This document shows, piece by piece, positions 1 through 13,955 of a stretch of DNA of 64,000 nucleotides. This DNA is from Camelus ferus (taxonomy: Eukaryota). Location of the stretch: positions 48,362,001 through 48,426,000 of the forward strand of contig NC_045707.1 in NCBI RefSeq assembly GCF_009834535.1. Reading direction: 5' to 3'. A model generated the notes under the pieces. The model was not told where the DNA came from. It saw only the letters and a list, made by a program, of their open reading frames with translations, and made no database searches. A program made the translations under genes and the position numbers. Position 1 is the stretch's first letter. Each line of letters opens with the position of its first letter.

Positions 1-539
1 CCATAGGCTTGGCATAATCTCCCTACTACAGCTCCCAGGTCAGTCTAGGCTTATTTAAGAATCCTCTTGTAACACATGTATTACAGTTTGCCATTTCTTT
101 AAAATAGTTATCATCATGGAAACCAAAATTTTAAAATTCAGTAGTAAAAGCAGATTGTATTAAATACCTCAATGACTAAGACTTTTATTCTTATGAGTCA
201 TCTCTAGAGTCCCCTTAAGATATTCATCTTTCTCTTGAGCCTCAAGCATGAGGGTAGTTGTTTCTTTTCATTTGGATACTGAGTTAAAGTGAATATTAGG
301 ATTAGGTATGTCCAGTAATCATAGATAATTTTTGCTATCAAGTAAAAGTTTTCTGTCAAGTCTTATGGTCTTGTGGTTTTGTTTTTTTTTTTTTCTTTTT
401 TACAAAAGATCAAGTAAGTGAAACGGTAGGACAAATGAAGAGAGCCAGCTCAATTCCTATTGAGAACAAAATCACTCCTGGTCACACACAACAATGTGGT
501 TAAGATTGCATCCTGATTCAGACACAGAGATAGTAAGTG

Positions 540-975
540 ATCAGCCAGACCCCAATGTCTGCAAGCAACAGAAACTAATTCTAGCTAATTCATACAGAGA
601 AAAATGGACACCAGTTAGCTGGATGATGAGAAGAGCAATGGGAAGGTAATCAAAAGGCTAATGAGAAGACTAAAGAATGAAGCTCCTAGAAAATAAGACT
701 CAGGTAAGGTCTGTGGGTTTAGATTACAATAACCACTTGAAATGAATGTGCTTCAACTGACTATTTTTTCTGCCCCTACATCATGCTTCTCAAGACTTAA
801 GGTCTTTTAAGAGAAACTGATTAAACTTGTTTGGATTTGGGAGGAGGGCATAGACACACTGAATAAGAGTCCCACCATGACTGCATCATAGAGGCAAGAT
901 AATTCCTTAAAGTACTAAAAAAAGAAAAAAGAGTGAGTAGATGCTAAGCAAACACAAATCAAAAAAAATATATTA
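540..975 (-). mobile_element. Old MaLR LTR remnant (MLT1K/L-like)
   Basis: Contains gcaagcaacagaaactaattctagctaa and ends gtagatgctaagcaaacac, resembling old MLT1 LTRs; highly diverged, boundaries approximate. Confidence 0.4.
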
Positions 976-1164
976 TAGAAGAATTGAATTCTTCCTGGCA
1001 ACAACTCCATTGTTTGGAGACATATTTTTATTTTAAAATTTATACACATTTTATAACAACTTTTTAAAAGAACTATTTAGATTTAATGTAGAAAGATGTA
1101 TAATAAAACTTAACTAAATAAACAATTTTTTAGCCATTTTTAGCCATGGCAGAACAAACATTTA

Positions 1165-1290
1165 TGTCATAATTCTGGCTTTGCTACCAACCAGCTGTGT
1201 GACTTTGGGTCAATAATATTTTTCTGGATAGCCAATGTTTTACTTACTTAAAATGAATAAATTGGGTAAAGATCCCTCCAAGGTATCAAC
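1165..1290 (+). mobile_element. MIR SINE fragment
   Basis: aattctggctttgctaccaaccagctgtgtgactttggg matches the MIR core. Confidence 0.6.
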
Positions 1291-2639
1291 TATAGCATAA
1301 GAATGATCTCTGGACCCCACTTGCTTTTTCAACTTAAACCCAAGCTGATAAGGTGAGTAGATAGAGCCATGCTTTCAAGCTTTGGCCATAATGAACTGAA
1401 TTAGCTTTTCTTGATTAACTTGTCTTGTTTCAATAAAAAAAAAGTTCCATAATTATTCTCGGCAAGCATCCAAAAATATGCCTTACTATCCAGTTCCAAT
1501 TAATAATGTGTGACTTGTTAAAAACAGATTTTGTTCATTTGAAGGTTTTAATAGCACCCAGTTTCAACTTAGTTCTCTTGGGAAAATATTTAGCATGCAT
1601 TTAGCTAGCTTGACATACACAACTAATTAATTTGTCTAAAGCGAGCTATTATATGAATCATAAACAAAGAACTGAAAATTGAAATAGTGCCAGAATGAAA
1701 GCTTGAGGTACCTTATGCTTAATTAGCCTCAGGTTATTTTTTGGTCCTTATTTCTATTAAATAAGGCACACTAGATTTATGTTTTGCCATTTTCCAGATA
1801 GAAAACAAAATTCATATATAGTAATGGGTGTTCTTTATGCATTTTTAGAAATTAAAAGAGCTTTCAGAAATCTAAATTTTAAGAAATATGTCTAACTGAC
1901 AGAGATTAAATGATGATGGGTAGGCTGACAAACGAACATGAGCTCCGGTGCCTCACTCCCTAGCTCAGTCCTAGAGATGCAAAGAAACAAGAAGGAGGTT
2001 GACAGATCTAAGTAGGATATTTCTATTACACACTTAGTAAATATTTAAGACTTTCTATTTCTTGGTAGGAGTATTCATTTACTACAAAAATCTTGGGAAA
2101 CAGAAGTTTGTTACATTCCAGTGTGAGAGAGAAACAGCCCTCCAAATTCAAAGACAACCAGGGCAATGAGAGGGTGAGAGGTACCAAGACAAAATTTTTA
2201 GTTGTGATGTATCCCTACTCCCTGACTTCTACTGGTATTGCTTCAGAAAAGCCACTGCCCAGCCAGTAATTAATGCAAGACAAAAAATAGCAGTGCCATT
2301 GTATCTTGGGGGTGGGAGTATCATCTAGCTGAGATGCAGTGCAGATAACAAGAAATATAGGCAGACTGGTTGGCCGAGGCCATTTATTATTTCTTCTTCT
2401 CATCTCTTTTTTCTGAAACTGAAAGTGAGAAAATTATATTCCCATAAGATAATACTAGTGGAGGTGCACTTCCCTCCACTAATTGTAAGATAGATTTGCC
2501 TAGTGTGGGACAGTTTGTAAAAACTCTGTATCTTGAGACATTTTCATCTCCAAGTACTAAACTTAGGGTTGGCTGATAAGTAGGGCCTTGGCTGCTTTAG
2601 CTCCTTCCCCACCCCTCTGATCATCAGCCCAGTGTTTGG

Positions 2640-4115
2640 TATGTCCAGGGAAAAGCTGACCAGAGGGAAGAATAGCATTTTTATCTGAGGAAGACAATCA
2701 CTACAGAAGACAGATATTCAACAGCTTATATGAGAAGAGGCAGAATTTCTTGACCAGATGGAAAAAGAATTTAAAAAAGAGAAGAAAAGAAATTATCTTC
2801 AGAAAGATAAAAAGATATTGGTATAACAGTAATAAGCAGTTTTATAAAAAAGAATTAATTCAAAATATTCAGTATGAAATATAAAATTTGAACAAACAAC
2901 TAACTGAATGAGGTAAACAGCAGAAAGAAAACAACCAAAGGATGAATTAAAGTAAATTGAAAGATTAGATTTGTAACTCTTTTACTGTATCTTAGGAAAG
3001 GATCTGTAAGGGATAGAAAGATAGAAAATTAAGAAAGACATGTGGAGGCTAGAGGAAGTCTCAGCAGATGTATAATGGATTTTCCACGAAAGGGAGAAAA
3101 ATAAACAATGAATAAATAGTAGGAAATAGTTGAAGAAATAAATTATCCTACTTTCTCAGATTAAAAAAAGGAAAGAAACTCATTTTAAGGGAGCACATGG
3201 AATGCCAAACAAACAATGAATAGAACAAAGTGAAATTAACCAAAAAAAAAAAATCCTTAAAAACATCAAACTGAATTTTAAGAATAATAAAGGAAGGGGG
3301 AATGGGAGGCTCTAAAAGCTTATAGAGAAATAAATAGATTCCTTCCACAGGTACAAGATTTGGGTTGGTGTCAGACTTCTCAAAAACTTTAAAAATAGGG
3401 ATACAGTGAAATAATATTTTCAAAGAAAAGAAACTCTAACATAGAATTTTGTATTTGTCTAACTACACAAATGTGAGAGTAACATACAATCTTTCTCAGG
3501 CATATACATCTCAGTTTTACCATAGAAAGACTAATCTTAAAAGGAATCTCAGATGAAGTATTTCATTAAAGACAAGAACCAGAATTCCGGGAGGAACTAT
3601 ATGAGAACTATGGGTGAGTAAATAATTTAATAGAATTTAATCTCTTCTTTAAAGAATGTGCCCTAAAAATGTGTATAAATGACAATCCAGAAGTAAAATC
3701 CTACAGTACAAACATGATGTAGGAGTAGGACACATTACTAAGCACTTATGTTTTTCATTAGGAAGAGATGAATAAATACAGTTAGATTAAATTAAATTAG
3801 AATAAATACAATTCTAAATACAGTTAGAAAATTGAAATGAAATATTAAATGTCTTAAATAAATTAAGTCCAATTTTAAACAGTACAAAATTATGTGTAAC
3901 TTTTTTTTAAGTTTTTTTCTTTTTTTTTTAGTCAATTACAGTATGTAACTTTCAAATAAAAAGCATGAAAGGAGAAAAAGAAATAGAGAATGTGGTAAAT
4001 ACATAACATGAAATAAGACAGCTAAAAACAGTCAGTACAGCTGTAATCACAGTAAGTATAAACAAGTTAAATTTACTCATCAGAAGAGATTCTCAGATTG
4101 AATGAAAATGATCTG
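2640..4115 (+). mobile_element. Ancient L1 (L1M-type): ORF1 region and start of ORF2, degenerate
   Basis: A-rich sense strand; tcagacttctcaaaaac...atacagtgaaataatattttcaaag...catagaattttgtat resembles the ORF1 C-terminal region; aatcacagtaagtataaacaagttaaatttactc...gattctcagattgaat resembles the endonuclease N-terminus. Confidence 0.7.
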
Positions 4116-4123
4116 TCAATCTC

Positions 4124-4570
4124 ATAATTTTAGTTTCCCAAGAAACAGATTTTTAGACAGTGACTGGTGTGCAAGAGGTTTATTGAGATGGATTCTTAAA
4201 AGCAATAGTTGTAGGGAATGAGGGAAGGAGGATTGAGCAGAGGAAGAAGTTGAACTATGTGACAGTTTCAACAAAACTTGCAGCTGATTCCACAGGGAGC
4301 TCTGAGGCTGGAATGGTCTTTCAGACATGTCCAAAATTGAAGCAAGGAGGCTGAGACTTCATATCAACACAATGACCAAGTAAATATTAGGTGTGGGCTA
4401 ACACCAGGAGGTGACAACCTTGAGTGAAGCAGGTCTCTTCGACCAAGGGTAATTCCTGGACAGGGACTCATCTGTGAGTCACAGATGGGCAACACTGCCA
4501 GTGACTTGAGAGAATGAGTCTCTTAGTCCTGAAGAGGGGAAGGGAGGGGTGCAGCACAGTCTCCAGCACA
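4124..4570 (-). mobile_element. ERVL LTR (LTR16-like), probably the 3' LTR
   Basis: gtttcccaagaaacaga...gtgtgcaagaggtttattgag (AATAAA on the minus strand)...ccacagggagctctgaggctggaatgg, typical of LTR16. Confidence 0.7.
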
Positions 4571-5860
4571 GCCCACACCTTGAGTCACTCAACTTCACTT
4601 GCTTAATGAAATATCTTCACCCATCTAGGAACTACTTCTCCAAAATTCTAGCTGCTCTCTTTTCCTAGGAAAACTTCCAAGAATAAAGGTCAGTGGGACA
4701 AACTATAGCCCCTGCTACTGAGGCTGTGTTAACCTGTTCTAGTAACTTGCACAGTAGCTACAACTTGGTAAAGTTTGAAACAGTCTACCTTAATCCACCA
4801 AAATCTGTCTGTGTGTTGTAGGGACAAGACTAGTTTCGGAGATATAATCAGAACCATCACCTCTGCATCATTTAGTTTTTTAAGGGAGGTATCAATCTCC
4901 ACCAATCCCCAGGATACAGTTTAGGTTTGCATTTACTATCTTAGCCAGGTTGAGAAGGGCGAATGTTCAGTGCCTTCCTCTTGGTTTTCCCTACTCTGAC
5001 GGTTCTTACCTCACAGACCAAGGAACTAATGTATCAGCTCTGTCAAGTAGCAAGTATATGTATTCCAATTATTTATTTGGTGGCTGGGGAAAGTGGCCAC
5101 TGGGTGACTCCTTGAGCTCAATGAACCTGTGGGTGAGCTGAACCTTCATACATTCTTACTCTAACAGAGGCATCAAGATCATGCTTCAAGTTCCTATTTG
5201 TCAGTACTAACTCAGATTCTGTGTCCAACATTTCCAAATGTCTGTGTAGTTTGAGTATTCCCCTTTTAGCAGTGTAGTTACCTGCCTCAATGACCATGGT
5301 TCCCTTTGGAGAAAGACAGAGGGAATAATTACAATGAACATTTGTAATGGTATTACAGGGTTCTCCTCCTGAGGGCCTGGTCTTTCTTTCAGTCATTGAG
5401 TTCTGGGTCTAAAATATGGCTTAGAGCTAGAAAGTGGCAGGGAGTCATGATTTTAGTGGAGTGGATATCCTCAGCATCCTGATTATCTATCCTTGAATTA
5501 TGTTGATTGTACAGATTGAGTAATAACCCTTGTGGGTTGCCTACCCATCTTGCTTCTAGGGTATTGTGTTCTATGTAACTACCTCCATAGCTCTCTGTAG
5601 GTCAGCACCACCCCATTTTCTGGCTGCCATTCAGATCTTGTTGCTTACTTCTATAATTGCAGCCACCTGCCTTCTCATAGTTAAACACCACCAGCTGGTC
5701 TCTATTATTTTGAGATCTTATCATGTCCCATTACTATCAGTCTGAACCATCATCTTCTACCACCAGATGGCAAGCTTCTCAGTGATGTTAGTGCCTCTTT
5801 CAGAACATTCTTTAGAGCTTTGGAAAACCAAGTGTCTCTGGGCTTTCTCGTGGAACACTG
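4571..5860 (-). mobile_element. ERVL internal region remnant (ERV3-16A3_I-like), degenerate gag/pol
   Basis: Directly abuts the LTR; composition and motifs resemble ERVL internal sequence; reading frames broken. Confidence 0.55.
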
Positions 5861-6294
5861 TTAAGATGTTAGTTTTCCTATCTGCTCTGGTTATCACTGA
5901 GAGAAAGGGGACTTGCCATAGATATAGGTTGAGAGGGAGCCAGGAATTTTTAGTGGATGAAAACAGTAAAGGTGAAGAAAATGATCAAGGTAGAGTCCTT
6001 TGGAAAACAGTAGACTGTATTCTGCTCAATAAATTAGTTCTTTCTTTCTTTTATTTAATGTATGCACAGCTGACTTTAGCCCAATGATGTTAACAAAAAA
6101 TTGAAAAAATTAGAAAACATTTATCAATCAACCTTAGTTCATAATTGTTATTAATTCTAAACTCAAATATATCCAATGATTTATTTCTGAGTTATTAAAA
6201 TCCATAAATTTATTCTCTTAGGGAAGAATTTATTGATCCCATTTTGAATTTCACTAAAAAGTAAGAACCATGGATGCTAAGATGTTTTCCCTAT

Positions 6295-7360
6295 TGTTTA
6301 CTTAACCTAAAGTTACAAAGAATTTTCCTATATTTTCTCCTAGAAGTTTTAGTTTTCAGTTTCACGTCTAGGTCAATAATATATCTTGAGTAATTTTTGT
6401 ATATGGTGTGAGGTATAGATCAAATTTCTTTCTTTTTTTCTCTATGCATATGGGAATCCAATCATTCAAATATCATCTACTAAAAAATTTTTCCACTGAA
6501 TATTTTTTCTCCTTTGTTAAATAACTATATATGTGTGGGTTATTTCTGAACTCTCTTTTTTTTTTTTCATATTGACCTACTTGCTTATCTTTACATCAGT
6601 ACCATACTGTCTTGAAGTTTTTCATTTTGAGGTGCTTTTATTTCTTTTTCTTGAGTTATTGCTCTGGTTAGAGCCCCCGTTATAATTTTGAATAGAAGTG
6701 GTTGTGAGTGGATATTCTTGCCTTGTTCCTGATCTTAGGAAGTAACTCCTCTTTCACAATTAAGCACGATGTTAGATGTATGTTTATTACAGATCCCTTT
6801 TTTTAAAATTTTTTAAAAAGTTGTCTATTCCTAGTTTGCTGAGAGTTTTGTTTTGTTTCATTTTTAATAAGTACTGGGTTTTGGCTTTTGTCAAATGGTT
6901 TTTCTATGTCTGATTTAGTCTATTCATTTTCTTTAGTCTATTAATATAGTGAATTACATTGGTTTGTTTTCAAGTGTTAAACTAATTTTGCACTCTAGAG
7001 AGAAATACCAATTTGTCTTGATTCTTTTAATATATTGTTGGATTCAATATGGTAACATTTTATTAGGAATTTTTATATTCTTTTTCATGAGGGATTTTAG
7101 TCTGTAGTTTTCTTTTCTTATAATGTCTTTGCCTGATTTTTGATATTAAAATATTATTTTCCTCATAAAGGAGTTGGAAAGTTTTTCCTCTACACTTTTC
7201 TAGCAAATTTGCATAGATTTGTGTGTATTTTTTTTTTTTTCTGACATGTTTGACAGACTTAGTGAAGCTATCTGGCTTGGAATATACTCTTTTTTGGGAG
7301 GGAAATTTTAACTTGAAACTCAATTTCTTCAATAAATATAGGAATATTCAGATTATCTAA
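6295..7360 (-). mobile_element. Ancient L1 ORF2 fragment
   Basis: gtaatttttgtatatggtgtgaggta, ttgaatagaagtggt...ttgccttgttcctgatcttagg and gtgaagctatctgg are reverse-strand L1 ORF2 hallmarks. Confidence 0.85.
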
Positions 7361-7734
7361 GAAGATTCAAATTCTTTCATAATACTGCTTAACTAATAGT
7401 GTTACTTTTGAAGAAAACTAGGAAAAAGGAGAATTCTCTAGCATTAAAGACTCATAAAGATCAGAGGAAGAAGGTGAGAAAAATAGAATAAAATTAATTG
7501 CAATATAAAGTTTTTAAAGTTGACATAAATTATGACAGTGAAAAAATATATCAAGGGGTTTTATTAGTATAAATACATCTAAGTTTATAAGGTTGGTTTT
7601 TTATCAGATATCATTCATTTATATAAGCCAATAAAGTTTATGGAGATGGATAGCTCATGATTAGTAATACACAGTATTTCATATTAGTACTGATATAATC
7701 AAGATAATATGAATGTCAAGAAATAAAATTCCTT

Positions 7735-8950
7735 TATTCATGCACTTATTCGCAAACTCATTTATATATTCATTGATTCAGTATCTTAACACATTCATGA
7801 ACCTATTTATCCCCAAATGTCAATTACTGAAGGTCTTTTATATGTCACACACTATTTCAAGCCCTGGAAATTTAGCTGTGAATAATAAAGATCAGCTTAA
7901 GGAAACAAATAGGAAAATTTCCAATAACCGTAAACACTGCAACAAAAGTAAAGCCAAATGATGCAAAAGAGAATGACCAGGGACTGCTGCTTTAGACTGA
8001 GAAATCAGAAGGGTGTTAATAAGGAGATGGAATTCAAGCTGACCCCTCAGTGACAAAAAGGAACTTGTCACAAACATATTTAGAGGACAAATAATTCATG
8101 CATAGGAAACAACTCATGAATAAAACAACATGATGGAATGAGCTGGGCCTATCTGAGGATCTCTGAGGCCAGTGGAGCTGGAACAGACTGAGGGAAATAG
8201 TCGGTGGGATCTAAAGAAAGAGGAGTGGAGAGGATCTACATAAAAAGCACTGTAAGCCAAAGTTTAGTACAGGAGAGATGGGAATCTCGTGGACAGCATC
8301 AAGCAGAAAAGTGACATATGATTTATGTTTGTAGAAGATCACCCAGATGTTCTGTGGAGGATAGATGATGGTGGCTTGGATCAGGGTGATGGTAACAGAT
8401 ATGGAAATAAGTGAATGAATATATGTTACACTTTGGATCTAGATAGGACATGATGCTGGACTGGATTAAGGAGTTGGGGAACATTTTCCTCCAGCTGACT
8501 TGCACATTTCTGGACTTAATGGCTAAACGTGGTGCTATCATTTCCTGAGATAGAAAGTACTGAATAAGAAGAAGATTTGAAGGAAGGCATATTAATATGT
8601 CTTTAAAGGTATCTTCAGTTTGAAGTATCCAGTGGATATTCCAGTGGAAATGTCAAATAGGCATTTGTACACATAAATTCAGAGTTTAATGAGATGCCAT
8701 TCACTAACACATTAACTCATTCCACAAAAAGTTATTTAGAGACTATTACATGTTATGTAACTGTGCCAGTAATGGGGATGTTTATATAAGGAAGAATTAA
8801 GGTCATCTCTTACTCTTAAAAATTCACCTTCTAGAGAGGGAGACAGACACACAAATGCATAAATACCATACAGGTTGATAAGTGCTATAATACAAAAAGG
8901 GAACAGAGCACTTTAAATATCAAATGATGGCACAATCATTTCTGCTTTAG
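7735..8950 (-). mobile_element. L2 LINE fragments
   Basis: ttcatt-rich 3' tail followed by ggccagtggagctggaacagactgag, gtggcttggatcagggtgatgg and gtggaaatgtcaaataggca. Confidence 0.75.
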
Positions 8951-9585
8951 AGAACTGGTAAAGGAGCTGCTGAAATTTTGAAGTTGATAGTATTTTATTT
9001 TTAGTACAAAAATGATGCCAAATTACTGGAGTAAAATTTCTGAAAATAATCTTGTAAATGTGCATGAGACCTTTGAAAGTTAAGCTTAATATCTTCAGAA
9101 AGACACCATAGGGAATTATCTCCAAATAAAAATAGAGACAAATAGAAGAATCAATACACCACGTGTAGTGAAAGTAGAGTGTTTCTCACATACTGCATTT
9201 TGTCCAATTAGTTTTACCACCTTTCTTGGATAACATATTTTCCAATGAGTAATTCAGTGGGCATCAATTTCCTTTCCATCCTCTTTAATATTGTCTAGGC
9301 AAGTGAGAATTTGTCAAGGTATATTTAAAAAGTATGCATAAGTGCCCACATCCTCCAGTTTCTTGGCAACACATATGTACCAAATCTTATTTTCAAATGT
9401 TTGCTGCTGCTATCACCTACTCTACTTAATTAAGGACTTTGTGGACTTCTTGTCCTACCTCTGTCTTTATAGCCTTGAAAGCAGCAATCAAACTGCTTGA
9501 AACCAAAATCTTGCACCCTCCTGGAAACTGTGAGTGTAGGGAGGGGAGATGGGCGATTAGGTAGATAATTTGCCTCAGCCAGTTG

Positions 9586-10199
9586 TGTATTCCCAGTATA
9601 GAGTTAAGAAACAAGGAAGCTCTAAATGGGGGATGCAGGAGTGGTACATTTGCCAGTTTTCTGGTCCCTCTTCAGGTGTAGGGTAAGGACTAAAATTAAG
9701 GATCAATATTATGTGCTGCCTTGACATCTGCTGAAACCAGGAGGACCTCAAACAGCCTAACCACACACTCGCTTCCCAATGCTGCTTCCATGGATAAGAC
9801 CTCCTAGCCAAGCAAGGCTGCTTATCAAAGGGACCAACTGAAGTTCCTGCTTGTGTCCCAGTAGTCAGTTTCAGTTCCCTTCCAGGCCACGGGATTATGC
9901 AAACAAGCCAATTATATCTTCCCACAGAACCAGGGGATCATCCCACCCTCTTGATTCTACAAAGGCTGCCTCCCCCAGGCCCCGGCTGTTCACTCTGTTT
10001 CTGAGTGCAAGCCCCACGTGGTCCTGCATTGCATGTGGTGTTCCCCTCCTCTGGGTTGTGAGTATATGTGACTAATCAACTGTTGTCAGTCTCATCTGTC
10101 CATTCTCATCTGTCAGGTCTTGCGTGTTTGTCCATCCCCATAACCTTAGGGCAGGGATCTCTCCTTCATGAACAGAGTGAATAGGAGGTAACTGAAATG
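9586..10199 (+). mobile_element. Solo ERVL-type LTR (MER73/MER74-like) with candidate 5-bp TSD AGTTG
   Basis: Starts TG; gtgagtatatgtgactaatcaactg...ccatccccataaccttagg...gaataggaggt 3' portion; agttg at 9581-9585 and 10200-10204. Confidence 0.6.
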
Positions 10200-12229
10200 A
10201 GTTGGTAGTAGGATATATGCAGCGCTTTGTCCTGGACAGGAACAGAACAATTTAAGAACCCAAGAAGTGTGGGTTGGTAGCAGATAATTTTCAGTATAAT
10301 GAAAATAAATAATTTGCCTTATTTGCCATCCTAACTTGTCCTAAGTGCTTTTTGAAACTTGATGTTATATATTCACAACTGCTTTCTTCCTGCCTCATTG
10401 CCTTTAACCTTTATTCCACATCTTGCTATGATCCTCTATCTATATCAGGATCTTAATCCTCAGTTCCGCATAACTGAGTCCCTTTTCCAATTTTACTTTC
10501 CTTTCTGAGGACCCTTCCAAGATAAACATCAGGCCTTCTCACACTGCATACAATGGGTGTTCAGAGTCACGGGTTCTGTTAAGAGCAAATCCTTTCCATC
10601 CTCTCTTGGCCCTTGACGTCCACAATTATGATCCTTCAGGTTTTGAGTGGAGTCTATTCTTTGCTCATCAACTCCTGCCAAGTTCAGTAGTTAGGATGCT
10701 TGCATGTGGTCTCATTATTTTGTTTGGAGTATTATCCATTTTTAGATTACCAGGCAGCATTCCTTCCAAAAATGTAAAAACTCTTCCACAAATGATAGCT
10801 ATTAAGGTTTCTTTCCCGCTCCTTGGATTAGCACTGTGAATTAAAGTTGACTAACATCTATTACCCACACGGGTATGCCTGTGAACATTTTACACAGTAA
10901 GTTGTGATCCAGTTGCAGTTGCCTGCCAGTCTTCAAGTACATAGAGTTTTCAGGAATAACTGTTGATTCTATCAGCTTTGTAAGCTATTTTCCATAACAT
11001 GGGTAGCTACTCTGGGGTCACACGTGCACATACACTCATGTATATCCCATTTTCATACATACAATAGATTACTTGTTTGTTCCCCCTTCCCTCTCCACTG
11101 TTGCAAAAATATACCATTTCCACTTGATTCTAATGGAAAATGTTCTCCAGAGGAGCAAAAGGGAGCACTTGGTTATCCAATAAACTGGAGCTGCAGTGAT
11201 AACACATTCAGAGTTGTCAAGGAGGAGGAGATTGATTTCTGTAAATGGAATCAGATGGCAACTGAAAACGATAGCTTCAAAACTATCTCCCCCTTCTGTT
11301 CGACATTGATCTTTTCTACATGTGCCAGCTCATTATCTGGTGGGCAAAGGGGAATTGAGACTTGACGTCATCCATGGCAGTTTTACAAGGGGGAGTGGAA
11401 GGGCAGACTGTCTGGTACTGATTGACAGAGATTTGCAGCCCACAAATGATGGCATGATATACTCATATGAGAAGAAAAGTATTTATTTGCGGGTTAAAAT
11501 TACATTTAAATAGTTGGAGATCCTGTTATAAATGGTAAGAAAACCTACAATATGCAATTCTAGTCTAGGCTAGTAGTTTAAAAAAAATAGGCTTGTATTA
11601 ATATGGCATTTCCCAGCTCATACTTTGGTCTGCTCTAATAATTGAAGACAATTTAATTTTAGTTTGAGTCTTTGGAGCACTTTTGGTGCATTTCCAAGGA
11701 CAGATTAAAGACAATTCATGGGCTGTGGAATGTATCACAGTTACCCAAGTTAGGACCTGGTAATTGATAGGAATGAATGAATGCGTTTACTGTAGGAGGG
11801 TTTTGAGATCAAACAGGTCTAATGAAATTGTTTGAAATGGATTCTTCACCTCATTTAGAAAAGAGTGTCTGTAACCCCATCAATTTACACTGAAAGGTCC
11901 TTTTGGCCTTCCAGGGAGATCAGTATGTACATTTATTTTTGGATAATATCGACTGGATGCTGCCCTCTATTACATGTGTGTCTGTCACAGCATGCTCTCA
12001 TTGTGTGGGAACTCTGCATCGCAGACTTTTTGCATTAATTTTGGAGATAATATAGCTTTAATGGAACTGGAATCCTGTGGCACATGGAACAAAAAAAAAA
12101 ACCTCCCTGCTTCCAGGTAGAGTGCACTAAATAGTACATCAAAATACACTGCAGCATAGGCATTGAGCCCACAGATTCAGCTTTTAAGAAATAAACACAG
12201 GGTAATTCTCTTGTTTGCTTACATTTTAA

Positions 12230-12950
12230 AGCACAGCTTACATCCTTCCTTCGCTTCTCAACCATCCTCTGACTTCTATGCCCCACCTCCATGATCCTTA
12301 CTCTCAGCAGGTAACTTTGTCCCTATGGTATGAAAAACATGAAAGGCCATAATAAGCAAAAATCCTTACAAATTATCTCCTATCTATCTTAACAGAAACT
12401 TCCTGAAGATGGGTTCATACCAATTCCACTTCCTCATCCTCTGCTTGTTCATCGCTTATTGTAGTTTGACTTCTAGCCACACCATTCTATTAAAATAGGC
12501 ACCCACTAAAATCAAGGAGGACTTCCTAACAGGTAAATGAAACCACCATTTCCCCGCCTCACTCCACTTGATCTCTGTGACATCTGGCATTACTGTTCCA
12601 TATTCCTTTCCCTTCCTCTTCTTCCTCCTTCTCATCCAAAATACCATTTCCTCTTGCTTTAATTTTTTTTCCCTAATCTCTTGGACTGTTCCATTTCTGT
12701 CTGCCCCAGGGACGCCTTTGCCTGTTTGCTTGGAGTAGAGACGAGGGGAGGCTTATGCTTGGTTGCAAGTATTCTCAGAGCCACACAGCACATGGGGCTG
12801 GAGGGCTCACTACTCTGCCTTGCCTTCTGTCACGCGTGGTACCCACTCTGTAACCATTTCATGTCCAATTTTCTGGCCAGATGTGAGGATAAAAAGTTCT
12901 TAAGTCATTACTTGGTATACAGTAAATGCTTAATTAAAGCCAGCTAATTA
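12230..12950 (+). mobile_element. L2 fragments
   Basis: CT-rich L2 ORF2-like sequence (ccaccattctattaaaataggc, ttgatctctgtgacatctggca) and a tail resembling cttggtatacagtaaatgcttaat. Confidence 0.55.
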
Positions 12951-13499
12951 TGGATGCATTTAAATGATCTGGTATAAATATTTAAAAATTTTTTATAATT
13001 TGCATTTGCCATTAATTCTCAGTAATGCTTCCTCTCCTTTAAAACAATTTCATTTATATCCAAATGAAAACTATCCATGAATTATCCTATGTCATTTCTT
13101 TCTTCTTTCCTCTCTATTAATCATTTATTTTATTGAATTTAGGCAATTAGTTCTTTATATACATATCATCAGAGTTTCAGTAAAGTTTTTTGATAATTTC
13201 ATGCATAATTTAGAAAATAAATATTATTTCACAGAATAAGAATCATAGAAGAAATTAATGGTAAAGTTAAAGGTATTTCTGCAGTAAGAGGGAATTGGAA
13301 GGCACGCATTTGCTTTGGATGAGCTTTTAGTGGGACTAAAATTTGCAGTTAACAATGGAGAGCATTTGTGCCTTTAGTTTTTATCTCAGTGTTAGGAGCT
13401 ATCACCAAAACCTTTGCAAAGATTGCTAATAATTCGGCCAGTGTGTCATAACCTCTGACTAGTGTAAAGAGGTGATGCACATGAAAAAAAAATAGAGAA

Positions 13500-13955
13500 A
13501 TGAGGTAGTGAGGTTTAGCAGAAAAATATAAAAGACCTACATTCAAGTTATAACTCCAGCACTCAAGCACTCATAACTCACTTCAACTCTCTAAATGAGA
13601 ACCTGTAATTTGGGGAAAGTTACATCTATTTCCTAGTGCTGGAAATTTCTTTATGCACAGTAACTGCTATACATATGTAAAAGATTATTTAGACTATCTT
13701 TCACTCAATAAATGTGTATTATCAATTGGCTAAAATGAGTTGTCTTTTTCCTAAAAGACGATAGTTTCATGGACCAGGCAGATCACCCCATGCTGCCTAA
13801 CACAAATCATCCTTATAATATTACCTGTTACTTTTACCTTCCCAAGTTTTATTTTGTTCATCTATAAAGTGGGAGCATTAATAGCACTTCTTTCATGGAA
13901 GAGTTGTAAGGATTAACTGAGATAATACATGTAACTGGTTGGCAGGTAGTGAGCA
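13500..13955 (+). mobile_element. Two MIR fragments
   Basis: tttgttcatctataaagtgggag...gttgtaaggattaactgagataatacatgtaa core. Confidence 0.6.

Noticed and set aside
11955..11975. CTCF-like cores (also ~35443 and ~45130)
   Set aside because: Only the AGAGGGCA half matches; the 5' CCAS bases are missing.
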